A stretch of DNA of 64,000 nucleotides, taken from assembly GCA_030248215.1 (NCBI GenBank), contig JASANG010000727.1, positions 1 through 64,000 on the forward strand, in the 5' to 3' direction. This DNA comes from Enoplolaimus lenunculus. Its lineage: Eukaryota. Of the stretch, positions 1 to 13,593 are shown one piece after another. Each line of letters starts with the position of its first letter. Within the stretch, counting starts at the first letter, position 1. A program made the translations under genes and the position numbers. Below the pieces are notes generated by a model. It did no database searches and was not told the DNA's origin. It was given only the letters and a program-made list of their open reading frames with translations.

Positions 1-3000
1 TCAGGTAGGCGCGGTTTAACTCCAATTTAGGCTCAATGGTTTGCTTAAGCCTAGGCTCAGAATTCGCACACATTGCATGGGTATTCCAGACAAGCTCACC
101 ATCGTTACCTTAATAGCTTTAGCAAAGCTGCACGTTTACCACATGGTCTTGCGAGGATGGGGGGGTGCACCACGTGAATCTCGCTATGTGCGGGCTCAAA
201 ATTCCAAAGGTTTCTAGAGAAATTCTCTGTTTAAATATATTCCTTAGCACTGGGTCTGTTTCCGAGGGCACTAAGCTTTCCCTAGACTTAAGTGTGATTT
301 TTCACAGGCTGCACATTCAGCAGTTTGATTGTCAACTGGTCGAGACCTGTTAATTACTTAGTTCACTGGGGCCTGGCTAGAATCGCCCAAAATCACGGGG
401 TACATATAAGTTTCCATAACGATAGGGCCTTAGCTCTTTTGTTTGTCATATCCTAGATGCTTAGCATCAGGCTGTATTGGCCTCCCTACCGTGCTGACAA
501 TCAATCCTGCGAATGTCTATGTAATTCTTAGACATGCTTGTTTTCTGCACAATCATTTTTAATAGCATCTCTGTGCCGAATTCATGATTTAACTTTACCC
601 CCCTTAAATTTGTATAAAAATCTCACACCTGCGTTGTCGCCAACGACAGGCAAAGTTTAACCCAAAATTTTACCCACACCCCTTTCGTGAAAACTGGAAA
701 ATTCTAACCGGGCCCCCCTTAAAATTCTTACAAAATTTTTACCCCTGCGCGAAACGCGCATAACCCCCCCTTGCATCAGCGCCCCGAAACTCTCGTGCAC
801 ACTAAGTCGCCTCCGTGTGCAGAGAGATCGGTTTGCTGTCGCGGCTCGAGCACGCGAGCGAAAAACCGAAAAACTCAAACTGAACTGAATGTTCAGCCTG
901 TGCACCGCTCTTATATAGTGCGCGAGGCCCAAATTTCGACCAATCAGCGCGCCACAGAAACAGACTCTAAGCATCTATTCTATTGGTCGAAAATCACTAA
1001 AATAATTTGACCAATACGGAACGAGAATTCAATCAGTTTTTAAGAGCCTGTGATTGGCTGGAAAATTTTAACGCGTAGTCTACAACCAGAGGGTTATGAG
1101 GGGGCTAACGAGGGTCACCCCTATCTGGAGTCTGAATACCGAAGTGCAGCATAGTGCAAGGTCTAAAAAGTTACGACGGGGTTCACCCATACCCCCTGCG
1201 AAACTGGAAAACCACGTGCAGCCTTTGTGGTAAGCCCTCCCCCTTAATATCTGATGTGCTCACTGTGCACCTAATGATAACTCACACACCCCAAGAATAG
1301 TCAAGTTATACGATGCAAAATGGTGAAACGAACTAAAGGGGGGCGATGGCAACAAAGACGATGACAATGCATAAAAAATTAACAGGTATATACATACATA
1401 TATATAGGCAAAAAAGAAAACTCACGAGGTTAAAGAACGAAACAAACTCAAAAATACCCATAAATTTATACAAATGTGTATGAACATAAGGTTTTAAAAT
1501 TCAGGTTTTTCTTATTTCTAAATTGCCTGGTCTAATCAACATGCTAGACTAATTTGCCCTTGAAAATCTTGGCTATTGTAATAAGCTACCTTATACGCAT
1601 TTTCCCAGTAGAAATTTGCATTGCACAAGTTAAATTCTAGCCCTAAAGTTGGTACTTAGTACTAAGATGGTGTAAACCTATGGGGTGCGGTTTTGCTCAG
1701 CGGTAACTTGCTAAATAGTCGTCTGCAAATGGTCACACGGAGTGGTTCTCTCAATTGACCAGACCAACAAAGTTGAGAGATAACGATTCTGAACACAGGA
1801 ACCCAGAAAAGTAGTGGTCTCGTTTATTAGGCTTGCCCCTACTGAGTATGGGCGTGCGAAATTTCAAAACTTGATAACCCCTAGCTTCCTAAGAAGACGT
1901 CAGTGGACTCTGCTCGGTGTGATTTTACTAACTGGGACGATAAACTACTTCAGACGACACCCAATTCAATGCTACAGTCTGGAAAGTAAAAATCGCACGC
2001 CTAAAACACCAAAGTTCCCAAAACTTCAACTGATTATAATTTTTTAAATATTAACTTGCGGACCATGTTAGGGGTGGTTTTCTTGCTCTACTCGTCAGGC
2101 CGAGTCGAATGATATGCATTTTAACCTTGTAGCTCGAAAAAGTTAAAATCGCGTTTTTCGGGACCCGATCCGTAAAGTTTGTACATGTTAATTATCAAAA
2201 TTTTCAAATGGTCTTAACATTTTAAGTCATGATTTGCGAACCCTGTTTGGGGTGGTTTTCTTACTCAGCGCGATGCGCGGAGTCGAATGGTGCCCATTTT
2301 TATGGTGGGTCGTGAAAAAGTGAAAATCGCATTTTTCAGGATCCGATCCGTAAAGCGTACACACGTAAAACCTTGAAAAACTCTGATTGACCATAACTCC
2401 TTATGCATGGATTTGCGGACAGGGTTCGGGGTGGTTTTCTTAACCGGCTCGATGAGCTGAATCGATTGATACCAATTTTAGCGCCCAACCCCGGAAAAGT
2501 GAAAATCGCGTTTTTGGACCGGGATCCGTAAAAACGTGTACACGTTAAATCTCTAAAGCTCCACAGGTCCATAACTTTTTATCTATTGGTTTCCGGGTAA
2601 GGTTCGGGGTGGTTTTCTTGATCAGCAGACCGAGCTGAGTCGAATGATACTAATTTTAACATCCGATTCTGAAAATTGCATTTTTTTGGACCGGGCCTTC
2701 GGACGCACATACACAAAATTTCAAAATGTTCAAAAGTCTATAAATTTTTAACTGCCGCATTGCGGGCTATAACTAGGATGTTTTTCTTAATCAATGCGAT
2801 ACGGGTAAGTATCTGGCACCGGTCTCCGCACTATATTTTAGAAAATGAAAATCGTATTTACCTAGAAAACCCTCTCCACAACCAGTACGTACAGCCTAAA
2901 TTTGTCCTAAATTTCCAGATATGTCTACTAATAGCGCAGGTTCGGAGCGGCTTGCTCAGCTTAAACACGGGTCCAAAATGATTGGAACCGGTTTTCAAAT

Positions 3001-4575
3001 CCAGGGGGGCTTAAAATTATAATAATATTTCAAAAATTAGTGTTCACAAAATTTCAGAATTTGTCGCAAAATCTTGGTTGGCCTGAAACGGCAGCCGGGA
3101 CGGCCTACTCAGCCGATCCGGCGTGCCGAACCCGAGAGCGCTAGCTCCGAACCTGAACCTTGAGAATAACAGTTCACTTGCCCTAAAACTCAGCCTTCCT
3201 AAAATAATAAACCGCCGATCTACTCAGCTTCCTTCCTAAAAGTCGCATTGAGCCCTTGCAAGCACCAATTCCTAATATCCCCTTCGCATGTCCTAAACCC
3301 AAAAACATAACTACCCCCCAATCCCAAACAAACTATTTCCCTAGGCTGAGGCGAGGCGTTGCTTAACTGAAAATTTCAAAATTTCGAAATTCAAAACCAC
3401 CCAAAATCTTGTCTTTTCCCCTTACGACGCGTACAGCGTCTCCTCCGAACTGAGACTCTTCTGTTAAGTCCTGCCGACAGCCAATGCAGTTTCTGCTGCT
3501 TAGGGGGCTTTGAAAATAGCCGCGCACACCCTTCAACAATCCTTGTACAATCCTTTGCGCAGCAGAGATATGCTCAGAGGTTTCGTCTTACGTTTCTCGT
3601 TGATATTTGTCCGGCAAAAAGGGGTACGAGTCGAAAGAGACGTACGTGTGTGAGTGTGCGCGGGAGTCGAGCAATTTAGGGGAAGTAGAGACGGACTGAC
3701 AAGTAATTTACCTATTTAATCCTTCCTAACTGCGCAGGCCCTACGACACCTTCGCTACCCCTCGGGATCTCAATCCCCAGTACGTGCACTTAACTAACGA
3801 GACCTACGCTGTACAAACACGGTATGCTGATACGTATATACATATATTTAAACATCTAGTCAACTCAATGCGATCCTTTTAGCTCTAGTCAGATTCCACG
3901 GAGCACAGGGGCGGAACCCAGCTTTCCAGAGAAGCAGCATCAAAACTCAGACAGTCCGGCCAAGATCCGGAATTTGCCAGATTAGGCTGCAACCTCACTT
4001 CTGGCCTTCAATTTAGAGAATTTCAGATGTCGTAGTACCAAACTCAATCAGGGGGTTTATTGTTCCCGAAAACACCAAATCACAGTTCCAGCTTAATCTA
4101 ACTGACTAGTTACCCCCTATGTAGCAAAACCTAACCCCACCGTATCTACCCCCTTTTTATGTTCATATCGTTCCTAAAATCTTGCAATCTGAGCATGCAC
4201 AATGCTAACTCTATCTCTCTAAGAGATTATCATTTAAGTGCAGTCGTACTCTGTTAGAGATTGTGGCAGGAAAAGTGTTGGGGGGTTGAAGTCTGTTAAC
4301 TGATAACCACCCCATTCTAGTGCGATCAACAGTCCATGGAGTCTCTTTCCCTTTTTGAACTACTCCCATACGACAACTAGGTCTAATGCTCCCTTTTTCC
4401 AGCGTTTTCAAACTTCTGTCTAAGTGTTCAGGTCATCCCCATTTTGCAATGCTCGTTTGGCTGCTAATTTCTGAAACTGCGGGTCGCCGCTCAGCTCTAT
4501 ATTTATCAAACAAGCTAGGGCTGTTTCTCTCTCGGATTCTCTGCTCAAACGTTGTTATAAAACGAAACTTTGTAT
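1..4575. other. Unclassified degenerate block, possibly a remnant of a large mobile or viral-like element
   Basis: Lacks the MITEs that pepper the rest of the window. Has stop-interrupted coding-like stretches on the minus strand (~1-585, ~3950-4570), TATA/CCAAT-like motifs at ~905-1060 and an internal ~178-bp repeat array. No domain recognised. Confidence 0.25.
2040..3000. repeat. Degenerate ~178-bp tandem repeat, about 5-6 copies
   Basis: GGGGTGGTTTTCTT recurs at 2071, 2249, 2428 and 2606, decayed at ~2776 and ~2943. Copies are followed by GAGTCGAATG and AAAATCGC...GATCCGTAAA type motifs. Confidence 0.8.
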
Positions 4576-4815
4576 GAATTACGTAAATTGTTAATAGCAT
4601 ACCATGCAATCTATGAAACTCTTTCAAGCTACGAACACACGTAAATTGTTGCTGATGCAAAAATTAGGGCGAATCGCAAACAAAACGTGTCGTGAACAGG
4701 GTTGTTGGCCGGAAAAAATTACCGGAAAAAGTGTTTTTTTCCATTTTTTTTCCGGAAAAAAACAACCCTGGTCGTTAGCGAGTCAATACTGCATTTATTT
4801 CAATCATGATTATTA

Positions 4816-5011
4816 CACTGCAAAAATGGTGAGTCAAATTGACTCTCACTGAAATAGGCTCAAAAGTCTGAGTCAAATTCGACTCCGCGTGAATCAAACG
4901 TGCGATTCAGTGAGCCGAATTTGGCACTGGCGGTGTGAAATTCACACGGTTTGTGTAGATTCGTAGAGCCTATTTCGAAGAGAGTCAATTTACCCACCAT
5001 TTTCTGCAGTG
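4816..5011. mobile_element. MITE with CACTG termini, TA-flanked (GAGTCAAATTGACTC family)
   Basis: TA|CACTGCAAAAATGGTGAGTCAAATT ... CCATTTTCTGCAGTG|TA. Related full or partial copies at ~12254-12350, 15764-15983, 18896-18968, 24208-24419, 53130-53227, 57470-57561 and 61572-61663. Confidence 0.8.
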
Positions 5012-5046
5012 TAGATAGAAAAGTTACCAAATGACCGCGAATGATA

Positions 5047-5280
5047 CACTGTAAATTTCAGTGAGTTGATTTTAACTCAGAGTGAGTTGAATCACTCAGT
5101 CTGTATTCGGACTAATGTTGATTCAATTCATTCTTATGTAATTTATCAACTCACCCAGAGTCAACTCAACCCAGATCGAGAATCAACTCAATTCAGAGTG
5201 AGTTAATGTTTACTGATATTAATTCAGAAGTAACAACTCGCTAGCTGAATTGATTAACCTACTTATTGAAATTTACAGTG
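5047..5280. mobile_element. MITE with CACTGTAAAT...ATTTACAGTG termini, TA-flanked
   Basis: Terminal inverted repeats with internal GAGTTGA/TCAACTC motifs. A second similar copy lies at 20599-20851. Confidence 0.8.
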
Positions 5281-5998
5281 TATTCTCAAGGTCACCGGTA
5301 GGATGTAACCGTGTGCAGTTCAACTACACTCCGCTAGTTTTCTTAATAACCAAGATTGGAAATTGTAACATTTTTCAGTTCCAGTAACTCATGTAAAAGT
5401 TTCTCTATGAACCCCGTCTTGCAAACAAACTCACTAAGTCAGCATTTGACATAAATTCAAATTTAAATTTAAATTTTAAAAATAGTTTACACGGTATATT
5501 CTTTAGTTATTATTCTGTGAGGTAAATCGCTAAATAACAAAAAACAAAACTGTTTGCTCTCGAAAAATTTAAAGTTAAATTATAGCTTAACTAAACTCCC
5601 AGTGTCAGTTTAAGTAAAACTTAAATGGGTGGACTGACTAACTAAACTAGAACTTTAAATTTACGCCAAACTACCACATGTTTAAAGGTTAAGGCGAGTT
5701 TAAGCAATACTTATTTATGGTCTAAGGTGTAAGTGCTACTCAGAAACTATACGCAGTTTCTTCGAGTTTATTAAGCGTAGATTAACCTAAAAATATGTCG
5801 TATTTCACATGAGCTGAAGGCTAACCTAATAGTTTTTTTAGTTAAATTAATGAGTTCGTTTAAAACTGATAGATTAGCTTTAGCTGAAATCGAGTTAGTT
5901 TAAGCTTTTAGAGAGTTATATTACGGAACGTTTTGAATCAGCAAGATTAGATATTTTCTATAGTTTTACCAAACACTAACTTAAAGCATAGAACGAAA

Positions 5999-6200
5999 GG
6001 CCAATGTTACTTTAAGGGGCGTAACAGCAGATTAAGTGTATGTCTAAGCCTAAGTCTAAGCCTAAGCGTTGCAAAAACGTATTCCTAAGCCGAACCGCAA
6101 GCCTAAGCCTAAGCCTAAACAAAAAATGTAATCTAGAATCTAAACCCACTCTTTTATAGACCCGCCAGAAACCTGGACCCCCCAAAAAGTATCATGGGCC
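5999..6200. mobile_element. Telomeric-repeat MITE, subfamily A (GGCCAATGTTACTTTAAGGGGCG termini)
   Basis: Perfect 8-bp TSD GAACGAAA and internal (GCCTAA)n. Other copies at ~10756-10963, 11370-11613, 11862-12000, 12885-13085, 21540-21723, 28504-28725, 51988-52375, 55554-55699 and 59656-59801. Confidence 0.9.
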
Positions 6201-7065
6201 GAACGAAACAAACAAAATCATGGCTTGAGTTTAACCAGACTTTACCTACGCTTCGCGCAATCCTGTCACTAATCGCAATAACAAATGCCCAGTACTTATA
6301 TACATATTGTGTTGTTAAATCGTTTGGTTTTACGCTTATTTTTTACGAATCATTGTCAATTCTTTCCTCAAATTTGCACTAAAAGTTAAAACGAAACGAT
6401 TCAAACAGATGAATGGTGTCAAACTATACAAAATTTCACTACCAAAATTGCCGGATCCTCCGGCAAAAAAAGCCCGGAGCCGGAGGATGATTTTCTGCCA
6501 AAGTCGGAGTCGGACGCAGACATCCGGTTGTACCTTGATACATACATACATATAATATATCACAGAATGTTGTGAATCAACAAGTCACAGTTGACTTTTT
6601 ACGTAACCTAATCATGACCAATTTTTTTGGGCCAATATCCGTTTTAGTTTTTACCCTCAAACACAATGCATACGCGCAAATTGACAGACCCGCCTTCACT
6701 AGGCCAAAAACAACAACTCAACGCAAGCCCGTCTTTGTTCAATGGTTTTAGATTGTACCAACTAAACAAGGGGGCAGAAACAGATGCAAGGTGCCCAGAA
6801 CTAATATTGTTACGAGTACGATCAAGGAACCGTGTCCCTGACAATATTGCACGAATTCGGGCGTATAAACATTCTAAACCCCAATTCAATCAATGTGAAT
6901 AATTGTGACGACAGATTTCAAAAAAGTTTCGTTTAAGAGTAATGGAAATAAAAACTGACAGCAGACGTCGCTAACCTGGAGGACGCCGCAACGTAGTAGT
7001 ATATGCATATTTCTAACCCGAAGCCTAAGCCTAAGCCGGAGTCTATGCGTAAGGATAAGCTTATT

Positions 7066-9273
7066 CTGTAGTGACCCGAATAAGAGGGTGTGGGGTAATA
7101 AGAAGGGGGTCCACATTTTGAGTCCCAATCAATAGGAGTCCGTATTATAAGGTAGACCACCCTGGATCGAAAGTCCTTGCCACCCATCCTTGGCGGGTAC
7201 TCCTTATGGTTTGATCGAGGTTGGCTACTAGGTCTAGTTATGCTACTCCGCCCGATCCTGTCCGGGATGGGTTTCCCATCTCGGGCTCGCAGTGTATACA
7301 CCATCTGAACGCAACCACTTATCGCTACCGGATCGTTGAATAAAATGTCGCATATAATTCCGTACGATAAAAATTCCTCGCCGGCTGCGAGCCGGCGAAC
7401 GCTTCCGAAACACCGATTATCCCGAAAAAGATTTGGGGCTAGGAGACTCTTATCCTCGCGCATTCCTGCCCCCAGGTAAAATTTCTGACCACCGTGGCAA
7501 AATTACATTGACCATCCAGTGGGCAGGCAAAATTCGGAGTGCGGGGAAAAATAAATTCTTGGTAAAAAGGAGTTGGTCAAAAAGGAAAAAAGAAAAATTG
7601 GGAACCCGCACCGCCCAGTTTTAGGGCTGTAGCAGTTTCGACGTTGGTAGTGGACAAATTTCATTAGCCGAAATAGTACACACGGTTAAATGCGTAATTG
7701 TATATTTTATTTCGTAATGAACCTGAATGCAATTGGGTTAAAACCACGGTTGAGTCGAGCTAGACTCAACCGGAGTCTAACCCAACTCGAAATCGCGTTT
7801 GCAATTAATTTTTCGCCTAGATGTACACACCGAGAAATTTCAATTAGAAAAACGCGTACAGCCACCCGTACCAGAGTAGCCCGTACGGCGCTTGTACCGG
7901 CCACCCCGGTACGAGCGCTAATTTTCACCAAAAGAGAAAATACAAATCGCAAACTACAAATTCAACCAATCATCATGACTTATACCACTTGAGCAACCAC
8001 ACTAAAAACAATACTGAATTTGTCATTCTCTCCCGGAATACCACAAATAACGCAAAAAACCAAATTCGGAAATTCAAATAAAACTACTACTGCATCTCGC
8101 CATCTTGACAAGCCAAACCAACAACTTAAAAGTGAGTAAAGTAAATTCTCTTCCGCTAGCTAAGAACCTTTATTCAGCATAACTCGAAATTAAACTTGAT
8201 CACAATTTCACCAAATTCTGGCCAATTCATTCAAAATTTTAGAAAATTCCTTGCACCTCAACATTAAGAAAACTAAAACAACTTACTCTAACCGTCAGAA
8301 AACTAAAATAACTACGACACAAATCTAACCGCCAAATTTAAACTCAAAACCATCTAAATTTGCAAAACAAGTATCGAACAAGGTCAAATAAACTAAATAA
8401 CATATAATAACCTTCAGATACTATGACGAATGCACACTTGACTTCAACTACGCATTATTCAAAAGCTTACCGCCAAATTTCGCCGTACTAAACATCAACA
8501 CCGCCAATTCTAACCGTAAAGTTCAAAATTTCAAAAATCTTAATTTCGATATAACCCATAAGAGACTACACAAGCCGGCAAAAGACAGAAAAGACCGCCC
8601 CGGGCTCAAAAACACTCAAATCAAGTTCAAATCAACCTTTTCCGCTAGTTTTACTCACCTGCGCTCTCCCTTCAGACCCCTAGATCTTCAATTTGAAACC
8701 ACCAAATCTCACGCCTACGGAGTACTACACCCAGGGGTCACACACTTGGATCCCCCAGGTGAATACCCCGCTACGGCTCCAAAAACATTTCCACCAGTGG
8801 TTTTCCAACCCGACACGCTCAAATTTCGTGTCTCTCGGGTTTCCCCAGAAAATTTCAACTCAGCGGAGTCACGGATCCAGTGGTATCCCTACACGTATCT
8901 CTAATAAGAGTCCGTAAGCGCCAAGCGGATAGAGCCCCAAAATCCTAATTAGAATCCATGAAGGTCAGTTATTCCTAACTGTAGTGCATAAATGACTCCA
9001 GGAGCAAATAAAATTGAGTTCGAAACTTTAAAGCGTACTTAAATTTTGAAATTACATTCCTAAGTGTAACCTTGCATGATCGCTCAATCTATTGACGTTA
9101 GACAAATAAACGTTTAATTCAACGGATAATTGCAGTATCGGATATATCAGTAACGAAGGGCGGCGGAGCGTGGGTTAAAAATAAATAATAGTTCGTATCC
9201 GAATAACAAGAAGAGGTACCCTCTGGAGAGGCCAAATAAATATCAGTCCCTCCTCTTATTCGGGTCACTACAG
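7066..9273. mobile_element. Non-autonomous TIR element (CTGTAGTGACCCGAATAAGAGG termini) inserted into a telomeric-repeat MITE
   Basis: 22-bp perfect terminal inverted repeats, with TA at the right flank. A partial copy at ~29943-30100 starts TA|CTGTAGTGACCC. Confidence 0.8.
7146..8893. mobile_element. Probable solo LTR (~1.75 kb)
   Basis: Flanked by the 5-bp direct repeat CGTAT (7141-7145, 8894-8898). Ends ...CTACA; the left end reads TATAA, so the expected TG is mutated. The segment is absent from the related element copy at ~29990. Confidence 0.6.
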
Positions 9274-9463
9274 TACTTTAGCCTAAGCCTAAGCCAAAAA
9301 TAATGTTAGGCTTACACTTACTGTATTGCAGTCTCGCAGGAAAACGGTCCGGCCCTGATCTTTACATTGGCAACTTTACATGTTAAAATTGCTTTCAACC
9401 TTTGTACGCGGACAGTCTCGTCGGGTGAAATTTTGAACAATTTCAAGCTGCAAATAGAGAACC

Positions 9464-9623
9464 TTTTTTGATTGGTTTAAAAATTTTGACTGCCAAATAT
9501 TTTCCTTTTTTGATTGGATTAAAAATTATGACTGCCAAATATTTTCCTTTTTTGATTGGTTTAAAAATTTTGACTGCCAAATATTTTCCTTTTTTCATTG
9601 GTTTAAAAATTTTGACTGCCAAA
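9464..9623. repeat. 42-bp minisatellite, about 3.8 copies
   Basis: Unit ATTGGTTTAAAAATTTTGACTGCCAAATATTTTCCTTTTTTG. It explains the 14-aa periodicity of the overlapping ORFs. Confidence 0.9.
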
Positions 9624-9869
9624 TCTTTCAATTTTCTCAAATGTGGGTTCATACGCATTTATTTGGTTTAGTTTTTGGATTGGAGCTGAAGCTAAAATTG
9701 GTTTATGAAATGATACTCGGATACCGGTTTTGTCGTGTAACTTCTTCGAAAGAGGAAACTTTATTTTATGTTAGTGTAGTAACCCGTATAAAGATGGGAT
9801 CAAATAATAGTATATCCCGTCTCCAGGGCAGTCCTTCTCTTGCCGTTAGGTTCCACAGCGGAACACTCT

Positions 9870-10541
9870 ACGCACAAAATACATCGTTTTGTATTCAAGA
9901 AATATAGTCTGAAAGTTAAGACAATTATGTATTGATACAGACTCCAGCTAAATTCAAGCCTTCTTTTAATTCTTAAATTTTTCAGAAAAATTGGTCTAAT
10001 TTTTTTACACTTATGTCTTAAATTTAAGACTTTGGTTTTATGAGCGATTAGGAAATATATTTCTGGAATATAAGACAAATATTTCTGAAATACAAATATA
10101 TCTGAAATAAAACACAGAGATTTGCCACGGAAACCGACTGCGAAAGCAGGCCAAAACTCAACCCGTTTACAACTTAAGTTACGTCCAAGACGTAAACTTA
10201 GGTTGGGTAAGCCTGACCTCAACCCGACATAGCTTTGAAATTGGATTATTTTTATACCCTTTTAAATATATGAACGGAGCAACTTTTAATACATAAGCAT
10301 ATATACAAATCAGAAAACTAATTCTTGAATAAAAGACAACTATTTCTTGAAAGAAAGAAACTTGTGTCTTATAAATTGGCACTAGCAATTTCTTAAATGT
10401 ATGACATTTATGTTTAGATTATTAAGAAACAAATTTCTGAGCTGTTTAAGGTTGTTAATGTCTGAAATACAAAACATTTACGTCTTGAAAATTTAAGAAA
10501 GCAGGAGTCTTGAAATGTTAAGACAATTTGTTTTGTGTGTG
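9870..10541. mobile_element. Old AT-rich TIR-type element
   Basis: CGCACAAAA ... TTTTGTGTG ends with internal TCTTGAA/AAGACAA repeated motifs. Confidence 0.4.
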
Positions 10542-13401
10542 GGGGTCTACTGCAAAATCCTGATTCCAGCAAATATATTTCAGTCAGATTAAGTTGACGC
10601 AATTTACAAACAGGTTAACAAACTTTTAAAAAAGAAAAATATTTCATATATTCCTAAATTAGCTAATTTACCAATATAAATTTTTGCCAAAATCTGTCCC
10701 AGGAACATAAACCGTTTTTAATACAGATGACATCTAGGCCGTCTCTATAAAACAAGACCAATGTTGCTTTTAGTAACAGTAGATTAAGCGTATTACTAAG
10801 CATAACCCTAAGCATAAGCGTTGCAAAAGCGTATTGCTAACCCTAACCCTATCCCTAAGCCTAAGCCTAAGCCTAAGTCTAAGCAAAAATCTAGTCAGAA
10901 TATAAGCCTACTTTTTTACAGACCCACCACAAACCGGAACGGCCCTAAAAGTAACACGGACCCAAACAAGTATATTATTAACATCCAAATCCTGGACTGC
11001 ACACAACTTTTGGTCTGTTCAACAATTTAAAGCCAAATCTGATGCTAAAGTTTTAGCCAATCAAATTTTGTCACTGATCTAATTATTTGATACCTACCGG
11101 TTAATGCGTTGAATTTTAGATTTATTTTTACCAAAACCAAACCGCAAAATTTAAAAACTGACCTGGTTTCGGTGGACTTATAAAAGTTGCCGAGTCCAGT
11201 TTGAGCTTTAAACTTCGGAACGGATATATAACTTTTAGCCAATCACAGTCGGATGGTATCACTTATAATCAGGAAGTCAAGGATACTTAAACATTCGGCT
11301 GATGATGGTGCTAAATTTTGTCCATGAATGGCATGTTTTGGGGGTGGGGCGTTATTGGACACAAAACAGGTTCAATGTTACTTTAAGGAGCGTAACAGTA
11401 CATTAAGCGTATTCCTAAGCCTAAATCCTAAGTGTAAGCGTTGCAAACATGTGTTCCTAAGCCTAAGCCTAAGCCTAAGCGTTGCAAAAATGTGTTTCTA
11501 AGCCTAAGCCTAAGCCTAATTCTAAGCCTAAGCAAAAACTGTATTCTAGAATCTAAACCTACTCTTTTGTAGACCCACCAGAAACCTGGACGCCAATTAA
11601 AGTAACATGGGCCCAAAACAAGATGGCTGCGAAATAATACATTTGTACTGCGACTGAGTGGCCTTGTAAAGTTTATTCGTCAATCAAAAGCTTTCAATTC
11701 TGATCATCTGACTAGAGCGTAACCTGAAGTCAAAGATACAGGACCGCAAGCCGAAATCGAAGGCCGGCCAAATCCGCAGGAGCCAAACCCGGAGATGTAA
11801 CAAAATTATGTAGTTTAATAGATGCAGGATCTGCAACACTTCTGCAATTATCATAAAATGGGCCAATGTTTACTTTAACGGACATTATTCTTAAGCCTAA
11901 GCCTATGCCTAAGCAAAAAAATGTATATATCTAGAATCTAAACGTACCCCTTTTATAGAGCCACCAGAAACCTGGACGCCTCTTAACGTAACATGGGCTA
12001 TAAAATGTATTGTTCGAAATAATAGCTGCTATTAAAACTTCGCAAATTGGCCTTAAGTATTTACAAATAAACTCATTGAATGAGCCAACTTTTATAAAAT
12101 ACAACAAATTTTATCACCCGAAACTTTTTCCGGATCCTCCGGAAAAAGTTCTACCCGAGTACACCGGTTTGTGCCGCCGTTTTGAAACTATCTCGATAAC
12201 CGTGTAATAAACGCCAGAAACCAACATATACAACACAATGATGTGCGCAATTGCACTGTAAAAAACACGGAGTCAAATTGACTCTCTCGGAAATAGGCTT
12301 TTCCTGACTGCACAAACTGAGTCAAATTTAACTCCCCATTTTTTACAGTGATGGTTTTACAAAAAACGTTTTTTCGTTTCATGAACCTAAAAAACCTGAA
12401 CGCAATTTTTTTATGTCAAACAACTGCGATTTTCATAATTTTTCTCAAACGACAGAACCGCCAAACTTAAAACTTAACCGTGTTTTGAGTTCAAAGTACT
12501 GAGAGCAACTGAGCTATGAGTTGTTCAATCAAAATGCCGCTTGGGGATCAGAACGTTGCTGTTGTTTCTTAAACATTCAGAAAAACAACAATTGCTAAAC
12601 GATTCTATCAGTAGTTTAAGTTATCGATTCAACAAAGACTACAAAGGATACACGACAGTCGCGTGTTTTTTTCGTATACAATGAAGTAGAATGTCATTTT
12701 GAGGACCAACGCGATAAAACCCACACAATAGGCCGTTTTAGACGCTTTATGCCTGTCACCCCCCAATCGTGATAATCCAGACAACATCTCGTTGAGACTG
12801 ACCCTGTACTAGAAACCGAAGCCTGTACGATGTAACAAATCGTGAGTCAAATTGAATCTATCCGAAATAGGCTTTACTTTATGGGGCCAATGTTACTTTT
12901 AGGGCCGTAGCAAGTAGATAGCATATTCCTAAACCAAAGCCTAAGCCTAAGCGTTGCAACAGCATTTTCCTAAGCCTAAGCCTAGCCTAAGCCTAAGTCT
13001 AAGCAGAAAAATGTTGTCTAGAATGTAAGCCTACTCTTTTACAGACCGATCAGCAACCAGGGCGGCCCTAAAAGTAACATGGACCTTTTATGGAACGTGG
13101 ACAAAGTATGTACAAGGCCGATGAGCTTTTTAATTATTTGAATTTACAATTATAAAACCTATATAGTTTCGGACCAGCTAGAAAAATACTGCAGTTTTAG
13201 TGCTAAGGTGACAGTTCACATTATGTTTGCAGAGTAGAAATTTCTTTACTGATCAGTTTAATATGTTTAGAAGAATTTTTTATAAAAATTCTAATTTTTA
13301 ATAGTGAATGATTTCAACCGTGTTGGAATTGGTTGACGAAGCCAATGATTTGATAAGTTCTGAATGCGAAAGCTTATGGCTGCTCTGTAGTTTGCTGTAC
13401 T

Positions 13402-13593
13402 CAGGGCCGGAGCAGGCACCACCATACGTGCCATTTGTGGGTGGCCTCACCCCTAAAACGGGCCCCCAACCGGTTGAAACAAAATCCGCTTAAGTTTTAA
13501 AATGCGTCTGGTTTCTCGCTCGCTTCGCACGCGAGTTTGGGAGCCCCACCCTGGAATTTGAGGGGAGCCCACAAACTGCCTGCTCCGGCACTG
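13402..13593. mobile_element. hAT-like MITE (CAGTGCCGGAGC / CA(G/T/C)GGCCGGAGC termini)
   Basis: Same family at 43855-44039, 44318-44512 (8-bp TSD GTTATTTC), 49746-49978, 56694-56871 and 60796-60973. Confidence 0.75.

Noticed and set aside
1080..1105. CTACA followed by GGGTTATG as a copia-type half-tRNA-iMet PBS
   Set aside because: The match is only 8 nt, lacks the following GGCCC, and no partner LTR or copia ORF is visible.
6933..7463. 176-aa minus-strand ORF
   Set aside because: It crosses three nested repeat boundaries and has no recognisable domain.
11240..12830. Short coding-like fragments between MITEs (also ~52720-52910 and ~54240-54450)
   Set aside because: They contain stops, form no consistent exon chain and show no homology I can recognise.
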